A program made the position numbers and the translations under genes. A stretch of DNA of 15,279 bases, taken from IMG/VR virus record IMGVR_UViG_2531839149_000015, one strand, 5' to 3'. Below the pieces are notes generated by a model. The model had not been told where the DNA came from, did no database searches, and saw nothing but the letters and a program-made list of their open reading frames with translations. Below, piece by piece: positions 1-8,110 of the stretch. The stretch is from a virus (Duplodnaviria; Heunggongvirae; Uroviricota; Caudoviricetes). Positions within the stretch are counted from its first letter, which is position 1. Every line of letters begins with the position of its first letter.

Positions 1-90
1 TTGCCTCCCCCCCGTTGATGGGTAAAATAGCCGCAATTTTTCGTTTTCAACAAGCGCGGCGCGATGCCGCTTACTCAAGAAGAAAGAATT

Positions 91-165
91 ATGACGTTGT
101 CTCCTTATTTGCAAGAGGTGGCGAAGCGCCGCACTTTTGCCATTATTTCTCACCCCAATAATTAA
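91..165 (+). pseudogene. prfC: 5' fragment of prfC (peptide chain release factor 3) truncated at the prophage/host junction
   Basis: ATG at 91 translates [22 protein letters not shown], which I recall as the N-terminus of E. coli RF3, then diverges (NN, stop at 163-165) instead of continuing DAGKTT. Homology appears to end near 156/157. Confidence 0.55.
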
Positions 166-319
166 GCCCAAATTAAAGCTCTTTTACTCTTTCAAAATCC
201 TTTCAGTTAATTGAGCTTGAGCTATATAACTCATTTAAATACATTTGGTTATGTGGCTTCTTTAATTGAAAATTCTTTCATGTAACTTTAAATCGATCAG
301 TTTGCTTTCATCAAAAATC

Positions 320-376
320 TGTACATATGCTTGTACATAATGTACAAAACAGCAGAGGTGTTTTGCGATTTGTACA
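320..376. promoter_or_regulatory. Cluster of four TGTACA hexamers immediately upstream of int; candidate regulator-binding sites in the int promoter
   Basis: TGTACA at 320-325, 332-337, 341-346 and 371-376; TTGTACATAATGTACAA is near-palindromic. int RBS (AGGTGA) and ATG 386 follow directly. Confidence 0.3.
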
Positions 377-385
377 AGGTGAGTA

Positions 386-1609
386 ATGGCGTTGTCTGAT
401 GCGTGGTTGCGTTCAGTCGTTGGAAAGGAACGTGATAAGGTTTTGGTTAAATCCGATCGTGATGGTCTGTCTGTCAGAGTATCACCGAAAGGTCGCGTAG
501 TGTTCCAATATCGTTATCAATGGGCAGGGAAAGGTGAGCGTCTTGATATCGGAACTTACCCGGCAACTGGATTAAAAGAGGCCAGAGAAGAAGTTATCCG
601 TCTCCGTGGTGAACTTGAGTCAAACCGTAATCCACGATTGGTCAAGCAGGCTGAAAAACGAAAAGCTACTGAAGCCATGACGGTAGAGTCTGTGATCCGT
701 GCCTGGTATGAAGCATATTGTGTAAAAAATAAAAAAGGTTCTGAACAGATACTCCGCTCGTTTGAGCTGCACCTGTTCTCTAAAATCGGGAATATCCCTC
801 ACGATGCAGCTACATTGCATGATTGGTTAGAAGTCCTGGAGCCTCTTAGCACTAAGACTCCAGCAATAGCAGACCGATTGCTAATTAACGCAAAGCAGGC
901 CCATGTCTGGGCGTATAAGAGAAAGCTCATTGAAACTCGCCCGCTGTCGGATATCACGGGTAAAGATATGGATATCCGTAAAGGTCAGAAGAAACGGTTT
1001 CTGACACATGATGAAATTAAAATCCTTTATGCTGCGATCGATGGTTCTCGAATGGTTCCTAAATACCGGGCCTTCATTAAGCTATTGCTGCATTTTGGCT
1101 GCCGTAGTTCAGAGCTAATTACTGCCAGGGTGGGCGATTTTGATTTCATTAATAAGGTATGGACTGTACCACCAGAACGACATAAGACTGGAGAGATAAC
1201 AGGCGAACCGCTAAAGAGGCCCATTATTGAACCGGTGGAGGAGCTTATAAAGAACGCTATCTCTATGAACAATGGTTCCGATATGCTTTTTACTAAGGAA
1301 GGAAGCAGGGAACCCGTTGGTCGAACATCATTGCAGTCGCTGCCTTACAATTTAATGCAGTACGCATGGAGGCGTTTGGGGCATCAATTCCCTCATTGGT
1401 CTCTTCATGATTTGAGGCGAACAGCACGAACAAACTTTTCTGATCTTACTGCTCCTCATATTGCAGAAATAATGCTCGGCCATAAACTGCCAGGGGTTTG
1501 GCAGGTTTATGACAAGAGCGATTATCTAGAAGAACAGCGTAAAGCATATCAGGCATGGTGGGAGAGAGTTGAATCGATCGTTACTTGTACTGGCCCAGAA
1601 TCTACCTGA
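386..1609 (+). CDS. int: Tyrosine site-specific integrase, P4/CP4-57 type
   Basis: 407 aa. N-terminus MALSDAWLRS...GLSVRVSPKGRVVFQYRY is typical of the P4-integrase arm-binding domain; C-terminal catalytic region has HDLRRTA and a terminal Tyr region (VYDKSDYLEEQ). RBS AGGTGA upstream. Confidence 0.9.
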   Translation: MALSDAWLRSVVGKERDKVLVKSDRDGLSVRVSPKGRVVFQYRYQWAGKGERLDIGTYPATGLKEAREEVIRLRGELESNRNPRLVKQAEKRKATEAMTVESVIRAWYEAYCVKNKKGSEQILRSFELHLFSKIGNIPHDAATLHDWLEVLEPLSTKTPAIADRLLINAKQAHVWAYKRKLIETRPLSDITGKDMDIRKGQKKRFLTHDEIKILYAAIDGSRMVPKYRAFIKLLLHFGCRSSELITARVGDFDFINKVWTVPPERHKTGEITGEPLKRPIIEPVEELIKNAISMNNGSDMLFTKEGSREPVGRTSLQSLPYNLMQYAWRRLGHQFPHWSLHDLRRTARTNFSDLTAPHIAEIMLGHKLPGVWQVYDKSDYLEEQRKAYQAWWERVESIVTCTGPEST

Positions 1610-1865
1610 CAGCTTGCGTAGCCCTGACAGTCTGTTTTGAGCGAACAGTGGACATTTTCAATGGCATTCTTGAGTAGGTTACGCTTAGACCAGAAGTAAG
1701 AGGTGATAGAATTATCAACAATACATAAAACATAGGGGATCCTTATTGATTTATTGATCTTGACCAACTTATGTGATGCAGTATGTCTTTAACTTGTATT
1801 ACTATTATCTTTATCTTTATCTTGTTGTTTCTAATAAACTTATCTTATTTCAGAAAGGAGTTTTT

Positions 1866-3566
1866 ATGCATTTAGTCACGAAATCTTATTTCGATGCCTT
1901 TTGCAAAGCATTCGCTGCGCCCTATGAGGAGACCAAAAATTTTGAGGCGTTTGTGAACTATTGTGCTTTTTCAAAATACTCAGGCGACAAAGTTGAGGTC
2001 AGTGATCTTGTGTATGAAGGCCCGGACCCTGGTATTGATGGAGCATTTTTATTTTTAGACGACAGAGCCATTTTTTCAACTGAAGAACTTCAGGAGATTT
2101 TCCAAAACTCACGTCGCGAGTTTCAAGTTTCATTAGTATTCACGCAAGCTAAGTCATCGGAGAAGTGGAGCAAACAGGAAATAGACTCTTACATTGCGTC
2201 AATAAGAGATTATCTTTCACCAGCGCCACAACAACCCCACAGTGAATATCTAGCGGACTTTAAAAAAATGTTCAACTTGATATTTGCTAATATCGGCAGA
2301 GTCAAAAATGGCCTTCCAGACTTATACGCATATTTTTTTAGTGCTGCACAAAATACAGAGGCCAGAGAAATAAAAGCTGCATTTGCATCGGGTGAAAAAA
2401 GCTTAAAGTCACTCGGGTTTTCACATGAAACATCCTTCATTATGGCTCACAAAGACATGATTCATGAGCTTTGGCTTGCTGCGGAAGGTCCAATAGAAGC
2501 TAAACTTCCTACAATAGGCTATGCTCCATTCCCAGCGGCCCCTAATATTAATAATGCCTATGTAGCTACAGTCAAAGCTCGTAGTTTTATTGATTCTATA
2601 CTTAAAGACAAAAATGGAAACCCTCGAAAAAAATTATTCGAAGAAAATGTTAGAGATTTTCTGGGAATTGATGGTGACGTAAATTCAGAAATTGCAGGAA
2701 CACTAGATACTGATGGAAAAAAAGCAAGATTTGGTTTAATGAATAATGGAGTGACAATAGTTGCATCAAGCGTGAGGCCTGCAGGGCAAGAAATTTTTAT
2801 ACGAGATTTTCAAATTGTTAATGGATGTCAAACGTCTAATGTTCTTATATCAAAAGACATTCAAGTAGATGAATCAGTTAGTTTAATGATTAAATTAATT
2901 GAAACCGATGAGCCAGCGATCCTTGATGACATTGTACGAGCTACGAATAGACAATCTAAAGTTGAAGATGCACAGTTCATTTCAACGCTAAAAAAATTAA
3001 GGGAATTAGAACATTATTTTAATGCTAAAGGTGCTATTGAAGGAAATAAAATTTATTTTGAGAGAAGAAAGGGGCAGTATAGTTCAGAAAGTATAGCTCC
3101 AGTACGCATATTTGATATCAGAGAAGTTGCGCGAGCATATGCTGCTATTGTTATGATGAGACCAGATTATTCCAGTCGTTATCCAAATAGGTTAACTGGT
3201 GACTTACTTAATGAGGTTTTCTCTTCCGATGCCCTCGAGGATGATTATTATATATCTTGCTATTGCTTGTATAGGCTAAAGGCTCTTATCTCAAATAAGA
3301 GGTTTGATGGGAAGTATTCAAAATTACGCTGGCATATTCTAACTGCTGCGTCAAAATACTGTGGTAATAATTATAAGGCTTGGGGGTTCAAAAATAAAAA
3401 TGAAGCTCTTCATAACTTATTCTCAATGAATGATGGGGAGTGGTTTGAAAAACTTGAGAGTTTAGTAAAAATAGCTATACCAGATCCGGATATTTCTCGA
3501 GACTTACTAAAGTCGCAGCCTTTAACATCAACGATTCTCAAAAGTGTTGATAGCGTACCTAAATAA
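1866..3566 (+). CDS. AIPR-like abortive-infection protein (ParB/DndB-like fold with NGxQT-type motif); cargo gene between int and xis
   Basis: Strong RBS AAAGGAG (1854-1860) then ATG 1866; the ORF-track start at 1773 is an AT-rich leader artifact. 566 aa, markedly AT-rich versus flanks. Contains GIDG near the N-terminus and FQIVNGCQTSNVL in the middle, which I associate with the AIPR family. Followed by hairpin 3573-3591. Confidence 0.6.
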   Translation: MHLVTKSYFDAFCKAFAAPYEETKNFEAFVNYCAFSKYSGDKVEVSDLVYEGPDPGIDGAFLFLDDRAIFSTEELQEIFQNSRREFQVSLVFTQAKSSEKWSKQEIDSYIASIRDYLSPAPQQPHSEYLADFKKMFNLIFANIGRVKNGLPDLYAYFFSAAQNTEAREIKAAFASGEKSLKSLGFSHETSFIMAHKDMIHELWLAAEGPIEAKLPTIGYAPFPAAPNINNAYVATVKARSFIDSILKDKNGNPRKKLFEENVRDFLGIDGDVNSEIAGTLDTDGKKARFGLMNNGVTIVASSVRPAGQEIFIRDFQIVNGCQTSNVLISKDIQVDESVSLMIKLIETDEPAILDDIVRATNRQSKVEDAQFISTLKKLRELEHYFNAKGAIEGNKIYFERRKGQYSSESIAPVRIFDIREVARAYAAIVMMRPDYSSRYPNRLTGDLLNEVFSSDALEDDYYISCYCLYRLKALISNKRFDGKYSKLRWHILTAASKYCGNNYKAWGFKNKNEALHNLFSMNDGEWFEKLESLVKIAIPDPDISRDLLKSQPLTSTILKSVDSVPK

Positions 3567-3572
3567 AGAGAA

Positions 3573-3591
3573 GGGAAGCTTATTGCTTCCC
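3573..3591. terminator. Perfect 7-bp stem/5-nt loop hairpin just after the AIPR-like stop; U-run is on the minus-strand side
   Basis: GGGAAGC-TTATT-GCTTCCC. On the plus strand it is followed by AATAAATTA (weak); on the minus strand by TTCTCTTTATTT, so it may mainly stop leftward transcription. Confidence 0.35.
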
Positions 3592-3730
3592 AATAAATTA
3601 ACACACTTATAGAACCCTTGACTTAAACTTTTTACTGGTTCTCTCAGATATCGATAATTTTATAGGTTGTATCATAGCGTGATCGTCTTCAAGAGAAACA
3701 ACTTAACATTAAATTAGCAACGTTTGCTCT

Positions 3731-3770
3731 TGGCACAGACTTGACTGTCAGATTAGTTTGGTCTGTGCCA
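3731..3770. repeat. 10-bp perfect inverted repeat with 20-nt spacer, between the AIPR-like gene and the AlpA-like gene
   Basis: TGGCACAGAC (3731-3740) and GTCTGTGCCA (3761-3770). No adjacent U-tract, so a protein-binding or recombination site is as likely as a terminator. Confidence 0.4.
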
Positions 3771-3804
3771 TAGATATGTCAGCTCCCATCTGAGATAATA
3801 CACG

Positions 3805-3999
3805 TTACTCAATAACTCCAGCAAATCTGTATATCTTGCGTGATGCCCATTTATTTGGGCAGGATTTAATATCAGGATCTGGAAAGTCAGGCCTGTATTT
3901 CTGGCCAGTTCTCCTGTTTACGCTGTTCCAGCGAAGAACAGTCGATACTGAAACGCCACAGAAGTCGGCGACTTGTTTAGTTGTCATTAAGTTGTTCAT
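3805..3999 (-). CDS. AlpA/excisionase-family small HTH DNA-binding protein (candidate recombination directionality factor / int regulator)
   Basis: 64 aa; MTTKQVADFCGVSVSTVLRW is a helix-turn-helix typical of AlpA/Xis-type proteins. Start overlaps the stop of the upstream gene (TAATG), i.e. translationally coupled. Confidence 0.7.
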   Translation of the reverse strand: MNNLMTTKQVADFCGVSVSTVLRWNSVNRRTGQKYRPDFPDPDIKSCPNKWASRKIYRFAGVIE

Positions 4000-4619
4000 T
4001 ACTTCACCTCCTGCGGCGGCTCCGGTAGCGGCATCCAGTGGGTTACTTTCGATGCCGGTTCTTCCCTATCGTCAGTAACTGCCCACCATTTGTTTCTCGA
4101 CCAATCGTAATCCCCTTCGAAGGTATCGCACTCAGTCCAGCCGTAAGGCTTCCCCCAACACCAAACATACTGTTTATCGTTCGGCATTCGCTCACTACAG
4201 CTTATCCAACCATCCGGAGTTACTGGAGAGTTGCCCGACAGCTTGTTCAACTTGTAAGTCTGGCTTACAGGTTCGGCACCATGAAGCATGGCGGCGCGGC
4301 AGGCGTTCCAGCCTTCATCAAAACCGACTATGCCATTATTTAAAGACGGACGAGCATCTGGCACCACCGGCACTGGCTTGGCTATATATAGCGGCTGAAC
4401 ATACCAGCCCTTTGATAACCAACTGTCAGCAATGTTTTTACTCCTCGTTATTGCCGGAATACCTAAGCCATTTTCTGAATGCAGCCATGCCACCGGCTCC
4501 TCTTCTAGCGATGCCAGAGCAATTTCATAAGCACGGCGCTCAATATCGTCTCGAACCTCTAGGCTGCTGATTCGTTCTTTGATTTCTTTAATCAGTTCTT
4601 TATCGGTAAATGTGGTCAT
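3999..4619 (-). CDS. DUF551-type phage protein (yfdT-like position)
   Basis: 206 aa; C-terminal WISCSERMP...VTHWMPLPEPP matches the DUF551 signature as I recall it. Start overlaps the upstream stop. Confidence 0.65.
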   Translation of the reverse strand: MTTFTDKELIKEIKERISSLEVRDDIERRAYEIALASLEEEPVAWLHSENGLGIPAITRSKNIADSWLSKGWYVQPLYIAKPVPVVPDARPSLNNGIVGFDEGWNACRAAMLHGAEPVSQTYKLNKLSGNSPVTPDGWISCSERMPNDKQYVWCWGKPYGWTECDTFEGDYDWSRNKWWAVTDDREEPASKVTHWMPLPEPPQEVK

Positions 4620-4981
4620 TATGCTCCAGCCTCCGGTGCTTTTGGCATTACTGCCCAGTGAGTGATATTGACGTTTTCAAGGTCCCCGACCTGAAATGTC
4701 CACTGCCATTCTCCGGTTTCTTTTTGCCCCCATGTATCCCAGAGAGAACGCCAGCCAATCAGCCAGCCTTCTCCATTAGCATCAAATAACAAAACACTTT
4801 CATTTGCTGGTGGCAGTTCAGTTGACACTGGTATTACTTTGTTTTCCTGTGCTGCACATTTAGCTTCAAGCGCATCGAATTTACGCACTAGGTATTCAGC
4901 ATCCGTTTCATTCACTTTCAGATCTCGCGGTACACATCTCCCACGAAGAAACCCTTCCATTTCGAAAACATTCATGCGCAT
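4619..4981 (-). CDS. DUF551-like phage protein (yfdS-like; 120 aa)
   Basis: C-terminal ...NITHWAVMPKAPE resembles the DUF551 motif; overlaps both neighbours in a coupled operon. Confidence 0.6.
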   Translation of the reverse strand: MRMNVFEMEGFLRGRCVPRDLKVNETDAEYLVRKFDALEAKCAAQENKVIPVSTELPPANESVLLFDANGEGWLIGWRSLWDTWGQKETGEWQWTFQVGDLENVNITHWAVMPKAPEAGA

Positions 4982-5508
4982 TTGCGTAACTCCGATAATT
5001 CGTTAAAGCGTTCCATAAACATCCCGTAGGCATGGCCTGGAGCCAGTGGAATCACGTTGAACATCTCTGTTGCCGGGATACCTTCCAGCACAGGCCAGAA
5101 AGAGCCATCATCAAGCCCGAGATCGCGGCGTTCGGTTGCCAGCATAATGAGATCGGCATATTTCACTGGCGTGCTCATAACAGGAGGTAACCCGTATTTC
5201 TCACGGATTACGGCGTCTATTTTTTCTTCCATCCGTTTATAGTCAGGAAGAAGTCGTTTCAGTGGTGCGGGGATGTCCTGGCAATATGCTTCTGTTGCAT
5301 CATGCATTAAAGCTTCAAAAGCAAATTCCTGCGGCACCAGCTGGCTGCAAAGCACCGCATGTTGGGCGACGCTGTAGAAGTGAGAAAGATGACCGGCAAA
5401 GCGGCAGATATTTGAAAGGGAAACCGCGATATCGTTAATAACGATGTCGTCTTTATTTATCTTGTCATAATAAAAATGCTTCCCGGAAAAAGTTTTAATA
5501 AATGACAT
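4972..5508 (-). CDS. yfdR: HD-domain phosphohydrolase (YfdR-like putative 5'-deoxynucleotidase)
   Basis: Start moved to the ATG at 5508 (RBS GGAG 7 nt upstream; MSFIKTF...), giving 178 aa. H...HD metal-binding motif (AQHAV...ALMHDATEAY). Length and position match CPS-53 YfdR as I recall it. Confidence 0.65.
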   Translation of the reverse strand: MSFIKTFSGKHFYYDKINKDDIVINDIAVSLSNICRFAGHLSHFYSVAQHAVLCSQLVPQEFAFEALMHDATEAYCQDIPAPLKRLLPDYKRMEEKIDAVIREKYGLPPVMSTPVKYADLIMLATERRDLGLDDGSFWPVLEGIPATEMFNVIPLAPGHAYGMFMERFNELSELRKCA

Positions 5509-5602
5509 TTTGTTCTCCACTTTATATGCGCTGCACCGCGCTGAATTTTGGTTAAAGAAAACCCTCGCCATCAGGCGATTATTGAGTTAATTACGTTTCC
5601 AT

Positions 5603-5624
5603 AAATGCCCCCGCAGGGGCATTT
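5603..5624. other. Intergenic 9-bp stem hairpin between the yfdQ-like and yfdR-like genes
   Basis: AAATGCCCC-CGCA-GGGGCATTT. No clear U-tract on either strand; possible attenuator or RNA-processing/stability element. Confidence 0.3.
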
Positions 5625-5636
5625 GCAGTAATGAAA

Positions 5637-6461
5637 TCAGGCGGTGAAAGTACCAATAAAGGTTTCTACTTTGCTGTCTTTGAATTTTTCAACAAGCAGA
5701 TCACGAAATTCGTTAGCCATTTCTTCCTGCACTGCTTCCAGCTGAATAATGCGCAGAACCAGTACAGGGCGATCACCAGTGATAATGCTGAGGCGTAATT
5801 TAAACGGACGTTCTTTCAGGCCTTCAAACGGAACGCATTTAAACTCAAATGCTACTGGCATAATGTCTTTGGTTTTCGCTTCGACAGACTCCATCAGAGA
5901 GCGTTTGCCGCTGAAGTCATTGTCTTCAAAATCAGCGGTCTGGTTTGCTTCAATCGTGATTTTACGGACCGCCGCAGCCGCTTTTGTTGCCTGAATGGCG
6001 TCACCATTAGCATCAAAGCCCACAAGGTAGTCGGCCCAGTCTTCAATCCATTCTGCCAGTGACTTCTGGGAGTTACGCTCGCCGTTAACAGACAACAGAG
6101 CAGAGAACGGTGCTGTCTTTTTCAGTTTGAGAGTGGCGGTGTTATCTGCGTGACCTGGTTCATCAATAGTACCCAGGTTAAGCACACTGACGGCACGCAT
6201 ATTATCGGCATCGATAAAGCAGCGGGTGCCTTCATCTGCAAGAACTTTAGAATAACGGGTAAAGTCATCGATGCTGGCAGTGGAAAGCGCACCACGGAAA
6301 CGGAAGCGATTTAAATTAAATTTTTCCAGATCATGAATGCGGAAATTCTCAGGCAATGCCACAGCATCGGCACCAATCTTACTGATAATTTCATTAACAC
6401 CCTGAGCAGAAATAAGGGCATGGATTTGATTAATTGCGGTTGCGTCTAAGTTCTGAGACAT
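5637..6461 (-). CDS. yfdQ: DUF2303-family phage protein (YfdQ-like)
   Basis: 274 aa, same length and operon position as CPS-53 YfdQ as I recall it; uninterrupted ORF with normal composition. Confidence 0.6.
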   Translation of the reverse strand: MSQNLDATAINQIHALISAQGVNEIISKIGADAVALPENFRIHDLEKFNLNRFRFRGALSTASIDDFTRYSKVLADEGTRCFIDADNMRAVSVLNLGTIDEPGHADNTATLKLKKTAPFSALLSVNGERNSQKSLAEWIEDWADYLVGFDANGDAIQATKAAAAVRKITIEANQTADFEDNDFSGKRSLMESVEAKTKDIMPVAFEFKCVPFEGLKERPFKLRLSIITGDRPVLVLRIIQLEAVQEEMANEFRDLLVEKFKDSKVETFIGTFTA

Positions 6462-6526
6462 AATAAGTCCTCACTATATAAAGATATTCAGTGATGAGAT
6501 AAATAATCGGTTAATTAAGAACGATA

Positions 6527-6889
6527 TTAATGACCTGCTGCGCGGAGTTTTCCGTCAGGTTCACCGGCAAGAGTCAGTAATTGTCCCTGGTCTTCCTGCA
6601 GAATAGTCAGGCGACCACCGCGATTGACATACATCGGCGTTTCGGTGGTGTCTTCTTCGGAAATTTTCCCGCGGTTAGTCGGGCGAACATATGAGAGTTT
6701 GTGTTTGATTTTCACACGGTTCTCATCAAATGGTTCGATTTCCAGGTTGAGTGAGACCTTACCTTTGGTTTTCGTGTTCATCACACCGGAAGCGACTTCA
6801 CTGAGAACTGCGCCGATTTTGGTTTCAAATACGCCGCCGTCCAGCTCCCCAATAAATGCCTGCACATCAGTACTGCGTTCGCTAGCCAT
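6527..6889 (-). CDS. Conserved phage early protein of unknown function (yfdP-like position, 120 aa)
   Basis: Start set at ATG 6889 (MASERSTDVQ...) with RBS AGGAG 7 nt upstream. The 226-aa ORF-track extension to 7207 is C/R/W-rich, non-protein-like text. Confidence 0.55.
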   Translation of the reverse strand: MASERSTDVQAFIGELDGGVFETKIGAVLSEVASGVMNTKTKGKVSLNLEIEPFDENRVKIKHKLSYVRPTNRGKISEEDTTETPMYVNRGGRLTILQEDQGQLLTLAGEPDGKLRAAGH

Positions 6890-6937
6890 TTTTCTGCTCC
6901 TAATCATATCGACCCTGCAAGGTCGGTTGGTTTCTCC

Positions 6938-7026
6938 ACAAAACAGAGAAGAACACCTGCGGTGGCAGCCGCCCGGATGGATTGGGTTATGAGCCCGTCG
7001 TCCGGTGATGTTCTTCTCTGTTTTGT
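6938..7026. repeat. 18-bp perfect inverted repeat (stem) enclosing a 53-nt GC-rich loop; core of a structured non-coding region
   Basis: ACAAAACAGAGAAGAACA (6938-6955) pairs perfectly with TGTTCTTCTCTGTTTTGT (7009-7026). No flanking U-tract. Further local hairpins lie 7080-7150. Confidence 0.55.
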
Positions 7027-7358
7027 AAAAAGAGCGGTACCAGCCGGAAGCAAGTGTACAAACTTGTACCGCGAGGACTACACACAGCATAAAGTTGTGG
7101 TGCCGGGTGCCTCCCGGTGCCTGGCGAAGGTTGCACACCAGGCGGGTGGGTATCCACAGAAGGTCGACTGTCAGCCTCAACCTTAACCCGCGTGCGCTGA
7201 GCCGCATTCACCACAACGCTAAGGATTCTCTCTGGTTGAAAATACTTAGCTGTTATGTGCCTGCTTTTAGCCACATCAGGCGAGGTGGACCTAGTTATTC
7301 CCCAACAACAAGGATTTGGTTAATCTGGATATCCCCAACAACTAGCTGAGTATTCAAC

Positions 7359-7880
7359 GTGATAGCTGAACTGTCTGCGGCTATGGCCGCTATAAAGGAG
7401 ACTGCCGGTCTTGCTAAGGTTATTAATGACGCGAAAACGGATGCAGAAGTTAAAGCTGCAACCATTGAACTCCAGAACAAACTAATCACGCTTCAGGCAG
7501 AATGCTTCTCTCTTGGCGATGCGATCCGCCTTCGTGATGAAGAGGTGATGCATCTCAAAGCAAAAATTGCAGAGTTTGAAGATTTTTGTGCCAAGGTAGA
7601 AGGATATGTCCTTGATCAGCTTGACTCTGGTGCTTTTGTTTACTCTAAAAATGAAATTGTGAGTGGAAAAGAAATAACTGTGCATCTGTGCCCACTTTGT
7701 TATTCCAAAAATATAAAATCGATACTTCATCCGCTTCCAGTAGGTAAAACTTCTCATTTTCTTACAAGCCGTTGCCTTCACTGTGAAAATAAATTTCTTA
7801 TGGAAAAAAATCCGATGTACGAACGACCAAGATCATTACGTGAGTTGGGGCGAGATCTGAATTCGCCTTGGATTCCTTAA
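7359..7880 (+). CDS. Hypothetical coiled-coil / C4 zinc-ribbon protein; moron oriented opposite to the early-left operon
   Basis: 173 aa from GTG 7359 (alternative ATG 7383). N-terminal heptad-like region (IELQNKLITLQAE...LKAKIAEFEDF), C-terminal CPLC...CLHC. AT-rich 3' half; own terminator at 7923-7945. Confidence 0.6.
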   Translation: MIAELSAAMAAIKETAGLAKVINDAKTDAEVKAATIELQNKLITLQAECFSLGDAIRLRDEEVMHLKAKIAEFEDFCAKVEGYVLDQLDSGAFVYSKNEIVSGKEITVHLCPLCYSKNIKSILHPLPVGKTSHFLTSRCLHCENKFLMEKNPMYERPRSLRELGRDLNSPWIP

Positions 7881-7922
7881 ATCTTGCATTGGTTGGATGA
7901 TACCCAGATTGTTAAAGAGCTA

Positions 7923-7945
7923 AGCGTCCTGTAGGGCGCTTTTTT
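7923..7945 (+). terminator. Rho-independent terminator of the moron gene
   Basis: AGCGTCC-TGTA-GGGCGCT (7-bp stem, one G-U pair) followed by TTTTT, about 45 bp after the stop at 7880. Confidence 0.6.
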
Positions 7946-8028
7946 GTTGCTAACGAATCATCCTGGACTTCATATGCCCCAGGCGGCTACTTCGTGGGCG
8001 TCCTGCCTGTTCGTTATCTTTGATATAA

Positions 8029-8057
8029 AATCTAACTTAACTTAGTTATCATGGCAA
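8029..8057 (-). promoter_or_regulatory. Candidate leftward (pL-like) promoter with overlapping operator
   Basis: On the minus strand: TTGCCA (-35; plus 8052-8057), 17-bp spacer, TAGATT (-10; plus 8029-8034). The 14-mer CTAAC-TTAA-CTTAG (8032-8045) overlaps the spacer/-10 and matches the operator architecture seen between cI and cro. Confidence 0.35.
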
Positions 8058-8110
8058 GAGAAAACACCAAACTTTTCTTAGTTCGGTGCCTTAGTTAGAG
8101 AAGAGAGGCC

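Noticed and set aside
1-385. tRNA or tmRNA gene as the integration target at the left end
   Set aside because: No cloverleaf-compatible sequence or CCA-end context; the left end instead encodes the start of prfC.
1773-1865. N-terminal extension of the AIPR-like ORF (MMQYVFNLYYYYLYLYL...)
   Set aside because: Tyr/Leu-rich translation of an AT-rich promoter region with TATCTT repeats; a strong RBS (AAAGGAG) sits 5 nt before the ATG at 1866.
6987-7274. N-like antiterminator gene in the leftward leader
   Set aside because: The 95-aa translation lacks an arginine-rich N-terminal motif and has no RBS; composition suggests non-coding sequence.
6890-7349. Overlapping ORFs in the structured region (6527-7207 extension, 6624-6992, 6962-7186, 6987-7274, 7095-7349)
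   Set aside because: Translations are C/R/W/P-rich and mutually overlapping on both strands with no RBS, typical of GC-rich non-coding sequence; the region is treated as structured non-coding DNA/RNA.
6890-7358. Retron msr/msd or type III ToxI-like RNA
   Set aside because: No reverse transcriptase gene follows, the downstream protein is not ToxN-like, and there are no tandem ~36-nt repeats.
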